Source of the DNA: Isurus oxyrinchus
Lineage: Eukaryota
Assembly: GCA_026770705.1 (NCBI GenBank)
Contig: JANJGN010000006.1
Coordinates: forward strand, 148,800,001-148,864,000
Reading direction: 5' to 3'
Length of the DNA: 64,000 nt
Part shown: positions 49,756-62,511 of the stretch, piece after piece
Layout: every line of letters begins with the position of its first letter
Numbering within the stretch: position 1 is the first letter of the stretch
Position numbers and translations under genes: made by a program
The notes under the pieces: generated by a model
What the model was told of the DNA's origin: nothing
Seen by the model: the letters and a program-made list of their open reading frames with translations, nothing else
Databases searched by the model: none

Positions 49756-52700
49756 GTAAGTTTGCATAATTCCGCCTATTTCATTCAATAATTTTTAAAA
49801 AAAATGTTTTACCTTTTGATGGGGGTTGGGGGTTGGGGGTTTGGGGGGGAGGGTGGAGGGAGGGAGTTTGTTTGTAGAAAAAACAGTTAAAAGTTCCATT
49901 GCAAAAGCTGCCACTTGCACATGCGATTGGTGTAAACTGGGATGCTGGGACTGTGCACGGGCTGAGCTGGAGCCGGCTCCCACCGCGCGCATAATTTTAA
50001 ACCGGTGCGAGCAAGGGTTTGTTTTTTAATGTTGCTCTCACCAATCTCGAGCGATGTAAGCTCTGCTGGGAAGGAGATGCCGAGGCGAAGGGGTTGGAAA
50101 CGTTTTCATGAATATGCGTGACAGAATAATTTTGTACAAAACGCTGGTCACTCTGCAGCGAGGGTATGCGATAGCTCTTCTAAAAAAGCGACGGAGAAAG
50201 TCTGCGGAATGAATGAAGTTAAAAGGAAAAGGCACACGCTTTGCCAATTGGCGTGCTCTGCCGGTGCAAATATCAAAATAACGATCTGCTTGTCAAGGTC
50301 AGAGGTGAAACCCGGAAATGCTAGGCTCAGACTGTTGTAGGTTTTAAATGGGGAAGGATTGAGAGAGGCGGATATTGTAATACGCAGTCCCCTTTCTGAA
50401 GACTCAAATCTTTCAAAGCACGACTGTTTAACGGCATATTCTTGTAAGTCTGGGGGAGTGAAAGAGAAATTCCCATTTCTTTTTGCATCGCTTTATTGTG
50501 CGGCGATTGGCTTCGGAAGATTTCTGGAGGAGTAGTTTATATTAAAGGAAACTTGAATCATTGCAACAGCATGTAGAACTGTGCGAGGTGTCCGTCCACT
50601 GTTGTATCGATGAGTGATTTAAAATAGAATTAGATACACAGAAAGATATACACGTGGGACTGGATACACTTGGCAGCACCCCCCCCCCCCCCCTCCCAAT
50701 CACAGTTGGCAGATCTAAAGGTGTAAAATATCATTGGCGGGGGGGGGGGGGGGGAGGCGAAGAGAATCGAACTCGTAATTGGGTTGTGGCCACATCGCGC
50801 TTTTTGCCCTTGAGTTGTCTCTGGTCTTCTAGCGGTCTCCTCCCATGTTTGGCAATCTGTCTGCATTTGGAAATTCTTATTTCTTCAACCTCCCCCCCCC
50901 CCCCCCCCCCATCTGCCTTGTTCTCTAAACCTTTCTTGGGTCGTTAAGTAGGGGTTTACGACCTCGTAAGATTGCTTTATAGACGTATACAGCGACAAGA
51001 CAACAGAGGGAAGGGTTTTCGGTTGAGCTACTAGCACCCTTCTGCTACTGTAGCATGGATCGTTCAGAACTGTTGCCACCGATAGAAGCAGCTGAAATCC
51101 CGATAAAAATCTTACTTAGGTTAATGTTTCTTCTCCAATTTAATCACAGCGCGTAAAATTTGCATTTATTTAAAAAAAGATCTTTGTCTGCTTCTCGCCC
51201 AGGCACAGCGTGTGTTTTGTGTTTATTGGAATGGCTCAACCATGTTTGAATGGAAAGCTCGCGGTTTATAAGACAGCAAATCGCTTTTTGCAGGCATGTA
51301 ATTATTTGTTGGCAATGATTTGAATCATTATTATAAATATAAAAGTAACTAAAGATTCGACTCCGATATTATCCCTTTCTGGTTATGCTGCCCATGTATT
51401 TTAAGCGTTGTGTTTCCCTCGCCATGTGTTCCAATGGACTTTAGTTGGAATTTGTTGCACGTGTTCAGTAAATTAAATAAGTTGCACTAACGAGAGTGTT
51501 CTGTGAATTTATATTTATCTGCTTGCCCTTTGAGATGGATAACGCAATGCAATATACATTTTTACAAGTGCATTAAGAGCATCCACTTGTTCAGACAATT
51601 CTGTGCTGGTGTAAAACAAAAGTGCATCGTTTATGCCACTTCTTGGTAATTGTCATTACTGTAAGGCTTCTGTTGAGCTGTCATTTTGTATTCTTGGGCA
51701 TTTATTCCAAATTAGAGTGATCGAAAGGGGCAGTTTTTAAAGCAAAGTTACATTTTCGAATTAGGAACTGTTTAATGCATCTTGATAGTTTCAAAGGAAA
51801 AATCACATTTAGGAATTTTAAGTTATCCCCTTAACAAATGTTTCTTCATGAAAATTAAATAACTCCTAGTTCTCGACACCCATTTGTGCAACCGCCTTTC
51901 ACAACACTTAAACCGAATCTATAATCAACAAATCACGTGTAGTTAGACATTGTGTTCATATCTTAAAATTGATGGGAGTAAAATAATGCATTATTTATGT
52001 GAATTTCTCAGTTGCACTATAAACTAGAAAAGAGGTTGAGGAATGGGATGTTGTATTGAAAGTCACCTATTACATAAAACTGTATTTTAAAATATAAATT
52101 GTTTCACAACCTGCATTAGTTAAAAAAAGCTATTGTAAGAGGTAAACAGCCAGAAAAAATCTCAGCTGCATGTATTGTGGTGTAGCTGCAACTATTTGTA
52201 TTTCTTTGGCACATCCCTAATCATTATGGTCATAAACGCAAATTAGTTTAAAGTAATTAATGTAAACCCGGTTTGCTTATGTTCATTTTCACTTAAGTTG
52301 TGTGGATGAACCAGATTTTGCTTTTGAACATTTACTTTATACACTTGTTCTGCTCTTGCTCAAGGTTTGATGTTAAAACTTGCATTATTTCTCTAGGAAA
52401 TGGTCTAGAAAGGGGAATGGACCAACTATTTATCAAAAGCTTTTAATGTTTGTAGTAGCTGTCTTTAAATCATGTACTGATATTTAGCTTTTTCTTTTTT
52501 TAAAAAAAAACTTAACATTTTTTAGTATTTTGGTGTTAGGGCATAAAGAATGATTAAATTTATTTGTGCATTGAATAAGTATGCTGAAATATAACTGAAT
52601 GAAACCTACAGAATTAAGCTTCCAAGAAGCATTCAAATACAGAAAAATAAGGTGTAGTTACAACTTGCCAAAATGTATTTTAACTTGATTTATTTTTCAA

Positions 52701-54347
52701 CTTTTCAATTCTACATTTAAAGGTTATTAATCCGCCTTGAAGAACGCTAACATAATGCCTTGATAATATGCAAATATGACATGAAGCACAAAGAGAGATG
52801 TTCCATAAAATAAAAGCAAGAAACATGATACAAAATTTGGCTACAAAACGACATTTCATGCACCATTATTTCTAAAGATGTTAATATTAAGAATATAAAC
52901 AAAACAATTGGTTTAAAAAGTAATAATGGAAACATCCATTTCAGATACCTAGTTTTCCCTTACTAACTACTTTCCAATTTAACTTCCTGCCCCTCCTTTC
53001 TCAGCCCCTGAAGGCATTGACCCCTTGCTGTGGTATGGATCCCCTGGTGCAAGGGACCCGCTGATGTCTCACCAAAATGACTATTGCACTTGTTTAGACA
53101 TAGAGAACCAACAGGCTATCCAACAATGGAAGACATCATAGCCGACTCCACACCTGTTCTTCTAAAAGCAGAACTCCAGCAGGGGTTATTGGATAGTGAT
53201 GAGGAATGAGACAATTTTCTCTGTGCTCTTCAACATTACCTTTCAACCAAAAGGTGGCTTAGGCCATTTCCAGCTCTATCCTAGCTGACATAAACTAATC
53301 CAGCTCAGCCCAGGAAAGAGAATTCTAAAAATAGAATTTGGCTATTTCCAACAATTCTGCAATATTACATTGTAATATTGAATGCAACAAGTAAATACTG
53401 ATAATTTAACAGCAGCCTTTAAAATACAACAAGGAATGTATAATCAAATATGATGTACAAAGGATCGTAATACTGTAAATGATTACATTTTATCGGCCAG
53501 TCTTTAGTATATTTATATAATCTGATGACTCTTATATTTGTTTTTTTACATTTGATTATCATTTTTATTGTATAAATATTGTAAGTTATGAAGTAAGATA
53601 ATTGACCAGATAATTGACCTGTGAGTGAGCTATCTGTGAGTGAACTAGTAATAGATTATTTACAGCTTTGTCATACTTGGAGATGTTTAAAATATTATCT
53701 GGCTAACCACAACATATTCATAACATGTAGTAATTAAACTGGAAAATAAATTTTAAGGGCTTACTTTTTAAAATTCTTCAATCTGTTGAATCATTTGTGA
53801 TGTGACATGGCCACAGAGAGATCTTTCCACTGGTATTTCTATATAAGTCATAGAAATGTAAATATTTGAATTTGATGCATTAATGTTGAGACATGTGGCT
53901 CTCTCACTTCAGTAATATATAAGCATGGATCATGACCTACTTAATTCAGTTTAAAGCCAATAATTGAAAAAACCAAGAAATGCAGAGATCTATAAAGAGC
54001 ACCACTGTTTCACAATGTAGTAAAGGTTTGTACACAATGATTAATTTTCATTTTGCTGCAGCTCCTGGCATTGATAAATTTGATTAAATTGTTTAAAACC
54101 TCAAATGTGACTATGCTGAATTCTAAAACATATCAAATGTGCTTTTGTTTTCAAAAAGAAAAATTAATTGTGTGATCATTAGTTAACTCAAATTTGCATT
54201 AATTATAAGGATTGATTTTACATCTCAATGTGTAAAAAATGAGGGCATTTTATGTTTTTAAAAAAGCTGAAAGATTACATTTATTTCTTATAATATTTAC
54301 TAAAAAAATGGAAAATTAATCACAGATTTATTGGTAGTGTTGCTGAA

Positions 54348-54440
54348 TGTGCGTTACTACTAGGTTTGGTATGGCAGATTTTTGCGTTACTACTGGTATG
54401 GCAGATTTGTGCGTTACTACCAGTTTTGGCATATTGATTT
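54348..54440 (+). repeat. Short imperfect tandem repeat (3 units, tgcgttactac..ggtatggcagattt)
   Basis: Directly visible: three copies of tgcgttactac about 26-34 nt apart. Confidence 0.85.
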
Positions 54441-56319
54441 TTTTGTGTGTGTGCAGAACATTGGTCCTTCTGTGTTGCCTTAACACTGGTGGTTTTTGTA
54501 AGATAAACTACAGGAAACTGTAAATCACAATTTAATTTGTAGATCTGGCATAGTCAGCTCATAAAATGTCATATTTTGCAATGACGTTTTGATAACTGTT
54601 ATTTGATCAGCACAGTCAGCTGTTTGAATATGTGTAAACTGCTTCTAAAAATATTGAATTTGTAAATCTGTTTAGCCATCTCAAAAACTGTTAGTCATTT
54701 TTATTGGATGTAGTCTTTTGTGGAAATTAACATTGCTAGTGGGGAAAAGATAAATCGAGCTGCGTATATTTTGGCATACCTTGAATCTTTTGTCCATTTT
54801 TAAAGTAATATTCTGAAATAAATTACTATCAGAGCAAGAAAGCACAATGATATGGTCATAAATGTGATGTTTTAAGCCTACAAATAATGCTTTTAAATAT
54901 GAAAATGCATAACTGGGGATGGGGAGCAGTATGTACCTGAAATAAAAATTGTCAATGGCTGTGAATTGAACTAAATTAAATGCAGCTTTTTGAAACCTTG
55001 AATAATAATATGATCTGTCCATCTGCAGCACTTGTTTCCATTACAGTGTGTGGACAATCTGATGGCCTTAAAACAGGTTATTGAGTCACTGTTTAAAAAT
55101 GCAAGAAAATATATCCCTACAGACAGAATGTTTAGTGCATGCATATCTCCCTTATTTGAAACAAGTTCACATGATTCATTATTGTTGCTTAAATTGTTCT
55201 TTTTTCCTCTCCTTTTGGTTGAAGACATTTGAGTCTATGCCTCTTCTATTTTAAAGCTGATTTTCGACTATTTAGAAACAAAATGCTGCTTGGTCATTAA
55301 TTTAAAGCTTTGTTCTCAGGGTTTTCTATTTACCTAAAACAAATGAAGCTTCAGTTCATTGCATGTAAACCCTGGTTCAGGAAGATCCTGTGAAGCTTTC
55401 AAAGTAGATGCAATTTAACTTAATGTCTTATTTATCAGAAAAGACTTGTTACACTAAATTCTTTTTTATATAGAATGTTGTACATAAAACATATATCAAG
55501 CTCTTGAAAGATTAACTTGGTTCTACTTAAAAGTTGCAAGTATTTGGGGAATGCCATTTTTTTTAGAAAGTATGTTTAACTGATCCTGGATCAGATCTGG
55601 TTGACACTATCATTCTTTGAAGATCTGGGCATTTGGCTTCCCACAGAGCATCCAACTAAACTGTCAGCCTCCTTTGATGAGATAAAATGGATAAAGCTCC
55701 CATGCTGATAAGACATTTGGAGCTGTTCCTGTCATAAAATGATTTAAATATTTGCTCTACACTTTGTCAAAGGTCTAGCTTCATTGAGTATTTGCATATG
55801 TTAATCGTGTTCTGTTAACACAGGCTCCGTAGTGCTTCTTCAACCCTCTCTTTTGATTGTGGTCCTTTTTGGCTTAAAGTTATTCATTGTTTTAAATGCC
55901 TTTCTTCACAGGTAGTCTTGAAAAAAAAGCTTGAAAAAAAAGTTCCATTTAAATTCCATTTAAATTCGGGCAACATGAAACATTTTCATGTTAAAGATCC
56001 TGAAAATGTTTACTAACCTTTTAACATTTTATAAGTGCCCATTTGACAGTATTTAACAACATCAATCACAACTGTAATGCAGAGAAATTGCCTGCATTTT
56101 TAAATGCATTTTAATTCCTATTTTCTTCAATTGAGACATACTATTTAAGAATGGAGTGTTATTACTCAGACTCGACCACCTGAGCATTTCATTGCACAGT
56201 TAAAGTTGTCCCTCAAAAAGTAACTGATAGACAACATAAAATGATACCTTGATGTACAAGTTGTAGGCCATTATTAGTAGCATCTGTACTCACAAATAAC
56301 CCCAAAATATTTTAAAATG

Positions 56320-56525
56320 AAAGCAAAATACCATGGATGCTAGAATTCTGAAACAAAAATAGAAAATGCCGGAAAAGCTCCTCAGATCTGCCAGCATCTG
56401 TACAGAGACAAATGGAGTCAACATGTTTTGAGTCGATGACTCTTCTTCAGAAATGTTAATTCTCTTTCTCTCTCCACCAATGCTGCCAGACCTGATGAGT
56501 TTTTCCAGCATTTTGTTTTTGTTCC
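56320..56525. mobile_element. Penelope-derived repeat with inverted halves (fold-back)
   Basis: gaaaatgccggaaaagctc..cagcatctg..gagtcaacat is an imperfect reverse complement of atgttaattc..atgctgccagacc..gagtttttccagcattttg. A degenerate hammerhead core (CTGAAGA-a-gagtc-atc-gactc-AAAA) lies on the minus strand. Confidence 0.7.
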
Positions 56526-57574
56526 AAAATATTCTAGTTTATAGCTGTAGTGACATAGCAAATCACTTTTTGTAATGCTCATCATAATTTTAAAAATAGT
56601 TTGATATTTTCTCCCATCCTTTTCTAATGAGGCTCCCTATCCAATTTTTTTCTTTGCTGCATTATGTATGTATCATTCACTAGAACACACACCTAAATAT
56701 ATAAGGTAAAAAATGGTCAGCTTCTACAAAGCATTTTATAATGAGGGAACAATGTGTTTTCATTGTAAGTATAGTTGCATTTGCCTTTATATGCAAGATT
56801 TTAACAGCAGGATGTTGGGTTCTCCTGATGGAAACATTCAACATCAATAACAAATTCAAGCTTTGCTGGCAGCTACCCTCCAAAACTTGCTCCATCTTGA
56901 AACGTGGTTTACTGGAGTGTTCTTTTAACGACAAATGCAGTAAGAATATTGAATGCAAATGTAGAGATATTATTAACAATGCTTCACCACTACCTCGCTG
57001 AGTATCTCAACCACACAGACTAAGAACATCACAGGTTAGATCCCAAGTCTATGCTGAGATAACTAATGGGGCTGTGCCCTGACTGCTTTTTGGATCAGCT
57101 TATTAATATAACCCCTGTAACCACTGCTGGAAAGCCAGATTGCAGGCACGTAGATTTGGAGTGCTGTTCAAGTGGATAATATATGCTAACATGGATTGCT
57201 TGTGCTGCAAGATCTGTTTTGTGTTGTAATTTCTATGAATGGATATAGGTGAGAAGGGCACAATTGGTCTTGGCTGTGATCAAATATTCTACTTATGCTC
57301 ATTATTCAAGCATGAATAATGGTGACTGGGCGATCCATGTCAATTGAGCTGTACTCCAGCTTGTCAATGATTCCAAAAGAACTGTGGGCAAGAAATAAAC
57401 AAGAATTTTTTTTTTGAACTTCAAAGATATGGGGAGAACTGAAAGTATTTAGTAAGATTTTCTACATGATAGTGAAAATAGTCCATTTTTGCAAGGAAAA
57501 TTCAATCTAAATTTGTCATTGGGAGTAAGGCAATAATGTATATTAAGAAATATATTAAGAAATAATATATTTCT

Positions 57575-59850
57575 CATAAGAAATAAGAGCAGAATTAGAC
57601 CATATTGGCTTGAGAGTCTGCTCTGCCATTCAATAAGATCATGGCTGATCAGATCATGCCTTCAAGTCCACATTCCTGCCTGTTCCCCATAATCCTTGAC
57701 TCCCTTATATTTCAAAAGTTTGTCTTATCTCAACCTTAAAAATATTGAATGATCCAGCTTCCACATCTCTCTGAGGAAGAGAATCCCAAAGATTCATGAG
57801 CCTCTGAGAGAAGAAATTCATCCCCATCTTCATCTTAAATGGGCAATCCCTTATTCTGGAAGTGTGCTCTCTAGTTCTTGACTCCCTCGTGAAAAGAAAT
57901 ACCCTCTCATTATCTACCCTGTCAAACTCCCTCCATATACGTTTCAATAATAACCACCTCTCATTCTTCTAAACTCCATTGAATATAAAACCAATTTAGT
58001 CAACCTTTGCTCATAAGACAATCCCATCATCCCAGGAATCAACGTAGTGAACCTTCTCGGAACTGCCTCCAATGCAGGTATATCCCTGCCTAAATAAGGT
58101 GTCCAAAATTGTATGCAGTACACTTCGGAGTGGTCTCAACAATGCCCTGTATCATTGTGGTAATGCTTACCCGCTTCTATACTCCATCTTCCTTACAATA
58201 AAGACCAACATTCTACTGCCTTCCTATTCACTTGCTGTACCTGCTAGCTAACTTTTTGTGATTCATGTCCAAGGACACCTAGATCCCTCTATACGGCAGA
58301 ATTCTGTAGTCTCTCTCTATTTAAATAATAGTTTGTATTTCTATTCTTCCCACCAAAGTGAATATCTTCTTGTTTTCCCACATTATATAATATATGCCAA
58401 TATTTTGCACACTCACTTAACCTTGTTATATCCCTTTGTAGAATCTGTGTTTTCTCCTCACAGCTTGCTTTCCTACATAATTTTTGTGTCAGCAAATTTG
58501 GCTGCAATACACTTGATCCCTTCAATTAACTCATTAATACGAGACTCATGGAGTCATTTACGGCACTGAAGCAGGCCATTAGGCCCATCGAGTACATGCC
58601 CGTTCTCTACAGAAAAAATCCAGTCAGTCCCAATCCCCAGCTCGCTCCTGGTAGAGGTGGTCAACACAGGTTTATTTCCTTCAAGTGTCCATCCAGTTTA
58701 CTTTTGAAATCATTGATTGTTTCAGCTTCCACATCCCCATGGGCAGTGTTCCAGGTCATTATCACTCGATACAGAAAAAAGCTCTTTCACACATTGCCCC
58801 TGCATCAGTTGCCCAACACCTTATATTTGTTCCCAAGTTCCTGTACTATTAGCTAGGAGGAACAGTATTTTTCCTTGTCTAGCTTATCCAAACCTGTCAT
58901 AATATTGTACACTTGAATAAAAACTCTCCATAATATCCTTCTTTTCAAAGGAGAAAACCCCAAATATTGAAGGCCCTAGCACTGATTCCTGTGGAACCCC
59001 ATAGTTTGCCATCCTGAGCATGACCTATTTGTCTTCGTTCTTTGTTTTCCTGTTAGTTGGCCATCCTCTATCCATGCTAATAGATTGCCCAACACCTTTG
59101 AATGTTTGCCTAGCTTAGTAATCTTTTATGTGGCATTATCAAAAGCCTTTTGGAAATCCAAATACACTACATTTCCTGGTTACCCTTTATTCACCCAGCT
59201 CATTACACCCTCAAAGAACTACAATAAATTCTGTCAGGCATGATTTCTCAAAACCATGTTCACTTTACTTGATTGTATGGTGATTTGATAAATGTTCTGC
59301 TATTGGTTCCTTAATTATGGATTCCAGCACTTTCCCAATGACTTTTAGGCTGGCTGATCTAAATATTTCCAGTTTATGTAAAGATGGAAAATGCTGGAAA
59401 TACTCAGCAGGTCAGGCAGCATCAATGGAGAGAGAAACAGAGTTAACATTTCAGATCAAGGACCTTTCATCAGAACTTTTGCGTATTTCCAGTATTTTCT
59501 GTTTATATTTCAGATTCGCAGCATCCATATTCTTTTGGTTCTTTTTTAAATAGGGGCTTTGCATTTGCAGTTTTCCAGTCTACTGGGACCTTTCCAGAAT
59601 CTAAGGAATTTTGGAAGATTACAAACAATGCATCCACTCTCTCTGCAGCCACTTCTTTTAAGACCCTACAATACAGGCCCTCGGGCTCAGAGGGCTTGTT
59701 AGCCTTTGTCCCATAAGTTTGCCTAGTAGTACTTGTGATAGTTGTTTTACATTTCCTCCCTTTTCCCCCCTCATTTTCTATTATTATCGGGATGAGTTTA
59801 TTGTCTTCCACTGAACAGGTCAACTTTATACATTCATGATTGAATTTTGA
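57575..59850 (-). mobile_element. Decayed CR1 LINE with nested insertions (second CR1 3' fragment ~58545-58950; Penelope-derived repeat ~59385-59530)
   Basis: Minus-strand ORF pieces FFSQRLMNLWDSLPQ, LQRDITRLSECAKYW and IFQNSLDSGKVPVDWKTANAKPLFKK; CR1 3'UTR at the left end. Confidence 0.88.
59385..59530 (-). mobile_element. Penelope-like-element-derived short repeat with minimal hammerhead core
   Basis: Minus strand of 59441-59477 reads agtt-CTGATGA-a-aggtc-ctt-gatct-GAAAT-GTT-aact. Confidence 0.7.
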
Positions 59851-59969
59851 CACATTTTATTGTTCATTGATAATTTTAAATTTTATTTTTGAAAATTTTC
59901 AAACCTTATATAAATAATAACCAGATATATAAGATTTAGTTCTTAAATTGTCATTGGTTGCTCTTCGAT

Positions 59970-60400
59970 TTGTACATGACATCTACTCAGGGTCTTGAGT
60001 TTCTGCCATGGTTCTTCCTGTGACTGAGCAGACCCACTGATCTTTGTCCTGAAGAGGACTACTCAAGTCACGGATGCTGTTGTCCAATGCCACCTCTGTC
60101 TCAACAGTGGTGTTCAGCAATCTTAATGCATCTGCCACCTATGTGCAAATTCTTGAATGGGGACTTACCAATCCTCCATCACCAATGGATTTTGCAGATG
60201 GAGCCTGCTAGAAGCCTTTGACGGTGCCTCCGAGTCCCCATGTTTAAACATTGGCCACACAATCTGGACTGCACTTTGTCTGACAACCAACACCCTGCTC
60301 CTGCGCCCACCAACCTTGGTGCAAGGAAACCCTGTTGGCATCAGGCAAGGAATCATTGAAATGCACAAGCCTTTCCACCATGCCAAATGGCGATCCACAG
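59970..60400 (-). mobile_element. Possible RTE-type 5'UTR fragment
   Basis: Minus strand cgccatttggcatggtggaaaggcttgtgcatttcaatgattcc..gatgcc resembles recalled RTE/BovB 5' ends (gccttgtcgtgg..ggcttg.gt..caatga..ctatgcc). Confidence 0.35.
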
Positions 60401-62511
60401 TGTGACTTTTACATAGTATTTTCAAGATAATAGTTGGCTTTAGAAGCAATTGGGTAAGTCTCAGGATGCACTAATATTCTTTTCGCCACCAGTAGCAAAT
60501 TGTATAACTTGACTGATAACGAAATGCTACACCAGAGCAGTGAACAGTAAATAACAAACAATTTTCTTCATTAGATGAAAACATCATACCAAGGCTGAGA
60601 AGAGTAAAGGAAATCAAATGAACTGGGAAGAAGTATTGAGGTGATGTTGAGCTTGTGTTTTAAAGCCTGAAGATTATGGAGGGAGGAAGGGGGGACTAAG
60701 AGATAAAAGGAGTTCCATGGCTCTTGAGTTTATGGGAAAGAGTGAAATGCAAATCTTAATTTCAACACAGGCGGGTTAAAGTTAGAAGAAGAAGGAGAAA
60801 TATGTAAGACAGTATCTTAAAAAGGAGCTTAGAAGGAACTTGAGTGGCTTACTTAGTGGACCACAAACCATAGTGATATTGACATAAATGACACGGTACT
60901 TTGCAATAAGAGGGAGAGGAGAGAAAGGTATCTGGGACAAAAAAGAAAACTACAAAGCCACCTTTGCAGATAAAATGTCATTTTACGCAGTAAATGAATT
61001 AATAAGCATGAATGGGCAATCGATAATGGCTCAGTGTATTTGAATGTAAGTTGGAACACAAGCAATCATTTTCTTTCTCAGGCTGGTAACAGAGGGCCCT
61101 TATTCCTTAAGAGACTTTGAGAATTGAAGAATCATTACTCTGTTATATTCAAATTTGTTGGTCTCCCCAATTTCATGATCCCCGATGAGCCAAAGGGCCT
61201 GCTTCTGTGCTGTATAACTCTATGACTAGCTAAGTTTAGCGTACTAATGCCTTGTACCATCCAGTTCCCTCTAAAAAGAAGAATCAGCAATCAAACCTAA
61301 CTACAGAATATTCTGCCTTAAAATTATGGCTGCTCTTTATTACCGGCTGTTTCCCAATGGGTAAAGTAGTGAGTGGCTGACCTATCCAAACTAAAATGGG
61401 TGGAAGATTGATCTTTAGTCTGTATGGAATTAGCTGATTCCAGCCAGAACAACCTCCCTTAGCTTTGGAGCCACTGTTGCTCTAGATCATAATCCAAGGA
61501 CCCCTGCTGGAAAATATCTTCGTAGATACCAAGGGGAGGATCAGACTTGTTGTGATGTCCTCCAGAAATGGAGTGCCTTTCTGTATCTTTCTGAATTAGC
61601 CATTCTTTGAGTGTGAGCCCAGACAATACATGTTGGTGGGATATTCAACCACAGGAGGACCTGACCTTGTCTCTCGACTGACGTCCACACGAACGAGCTT
61701 CCAATCAGGGTTATTGAATTGCAGTAGAGAACAGGAACATGGGCTCTTTTTATTTTTGCCTCCCATCTCTAACAAGACCAGGGGTCAAACCTGGGTTCTT
61801 GCTAGTGCTTAAGTCCAGCCATTCATGATCCTAACTTGCTGAGCCATTGAAGGCGCAGGTGATACTTTTTTAAACAATGATTTCACTGCCTTCTCATTTT
61901 TCTTCAGTTAATTTACCCAAGATTATACATTAATCAATATATACATCATGTATACCCTGGTGATTTTCTTGAAATTTACAATAAGTCTTTTACCATGTAC
62001 TGTCTTTAAAAACAATATTTAATGCAGCTGCAGTACCTTATAAAGAACAGCTACTTCAAACTGTTGTGTATTAATCCATTCAGTTCTGACATCAGATACT
62101 AAAGAGATGGATCAGATCAGGAGTTAGCAGAGTGTCCTCAAAAATATCGTTTACCTGAAAGAGAAGAACAGAAAAGTTAAGGCCAAGCAGCTGAGTACAT
62201 TTGGTAGCATGTAAACTTAATATTAAAAGGGTTTACTACAAGTCCATATGTCATGGAAAGTCAGGATAAAGTTAACTTCCCTTGAAGTGCTTGCATCAGT
62301 GATGCCGCAGGTGGGAGGTATGGGAATCTAGAGCTTATTAAACTCCACCTAGTGGTGGCAGTATGTGGCAGAAAGCACGATAATTGCATTGAAAATGGAG
62401 TGCGCAACACACAACTTTAATATTACCTGTATAGCAATTTTAGTGTTACAGTTCTTATAACTTTTATGTTAAAGCCCTGTTAATTCTGATTTACATTTGT
62501 TTCCATTTTTT

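Larger units (their letters stand above)
39500..51500. promoter_or_regulatory. Broad CpG-retaining domain around the LIN28B promoter
   Basis: CpG is frequent across ~12 kb and nearly absent in 52-64 kb and 6-15.7 kb (judged by eye, not computed). Confidence 0.6.

Noticed and set aside
49345-49791. 148-aa ORF as a single-exon protein
   Set aside because: Only 49574-49755 is LIN28B-like; the rest is intronic C-run and TG-repeat read-through.
54348-54440. Repeat-spacer-like pattern suggesting CRISPR
   Set aside because: Eukaryotic intron; the units are simple imperfect tandem duplications without unique spacers or cas genes.
56488-56500. Plus-strand CTGATGA as another hammerhead core
   Set aside because: No downstream helix II and GAAA; it is a point variant of the repeat's ctgctgag segment.
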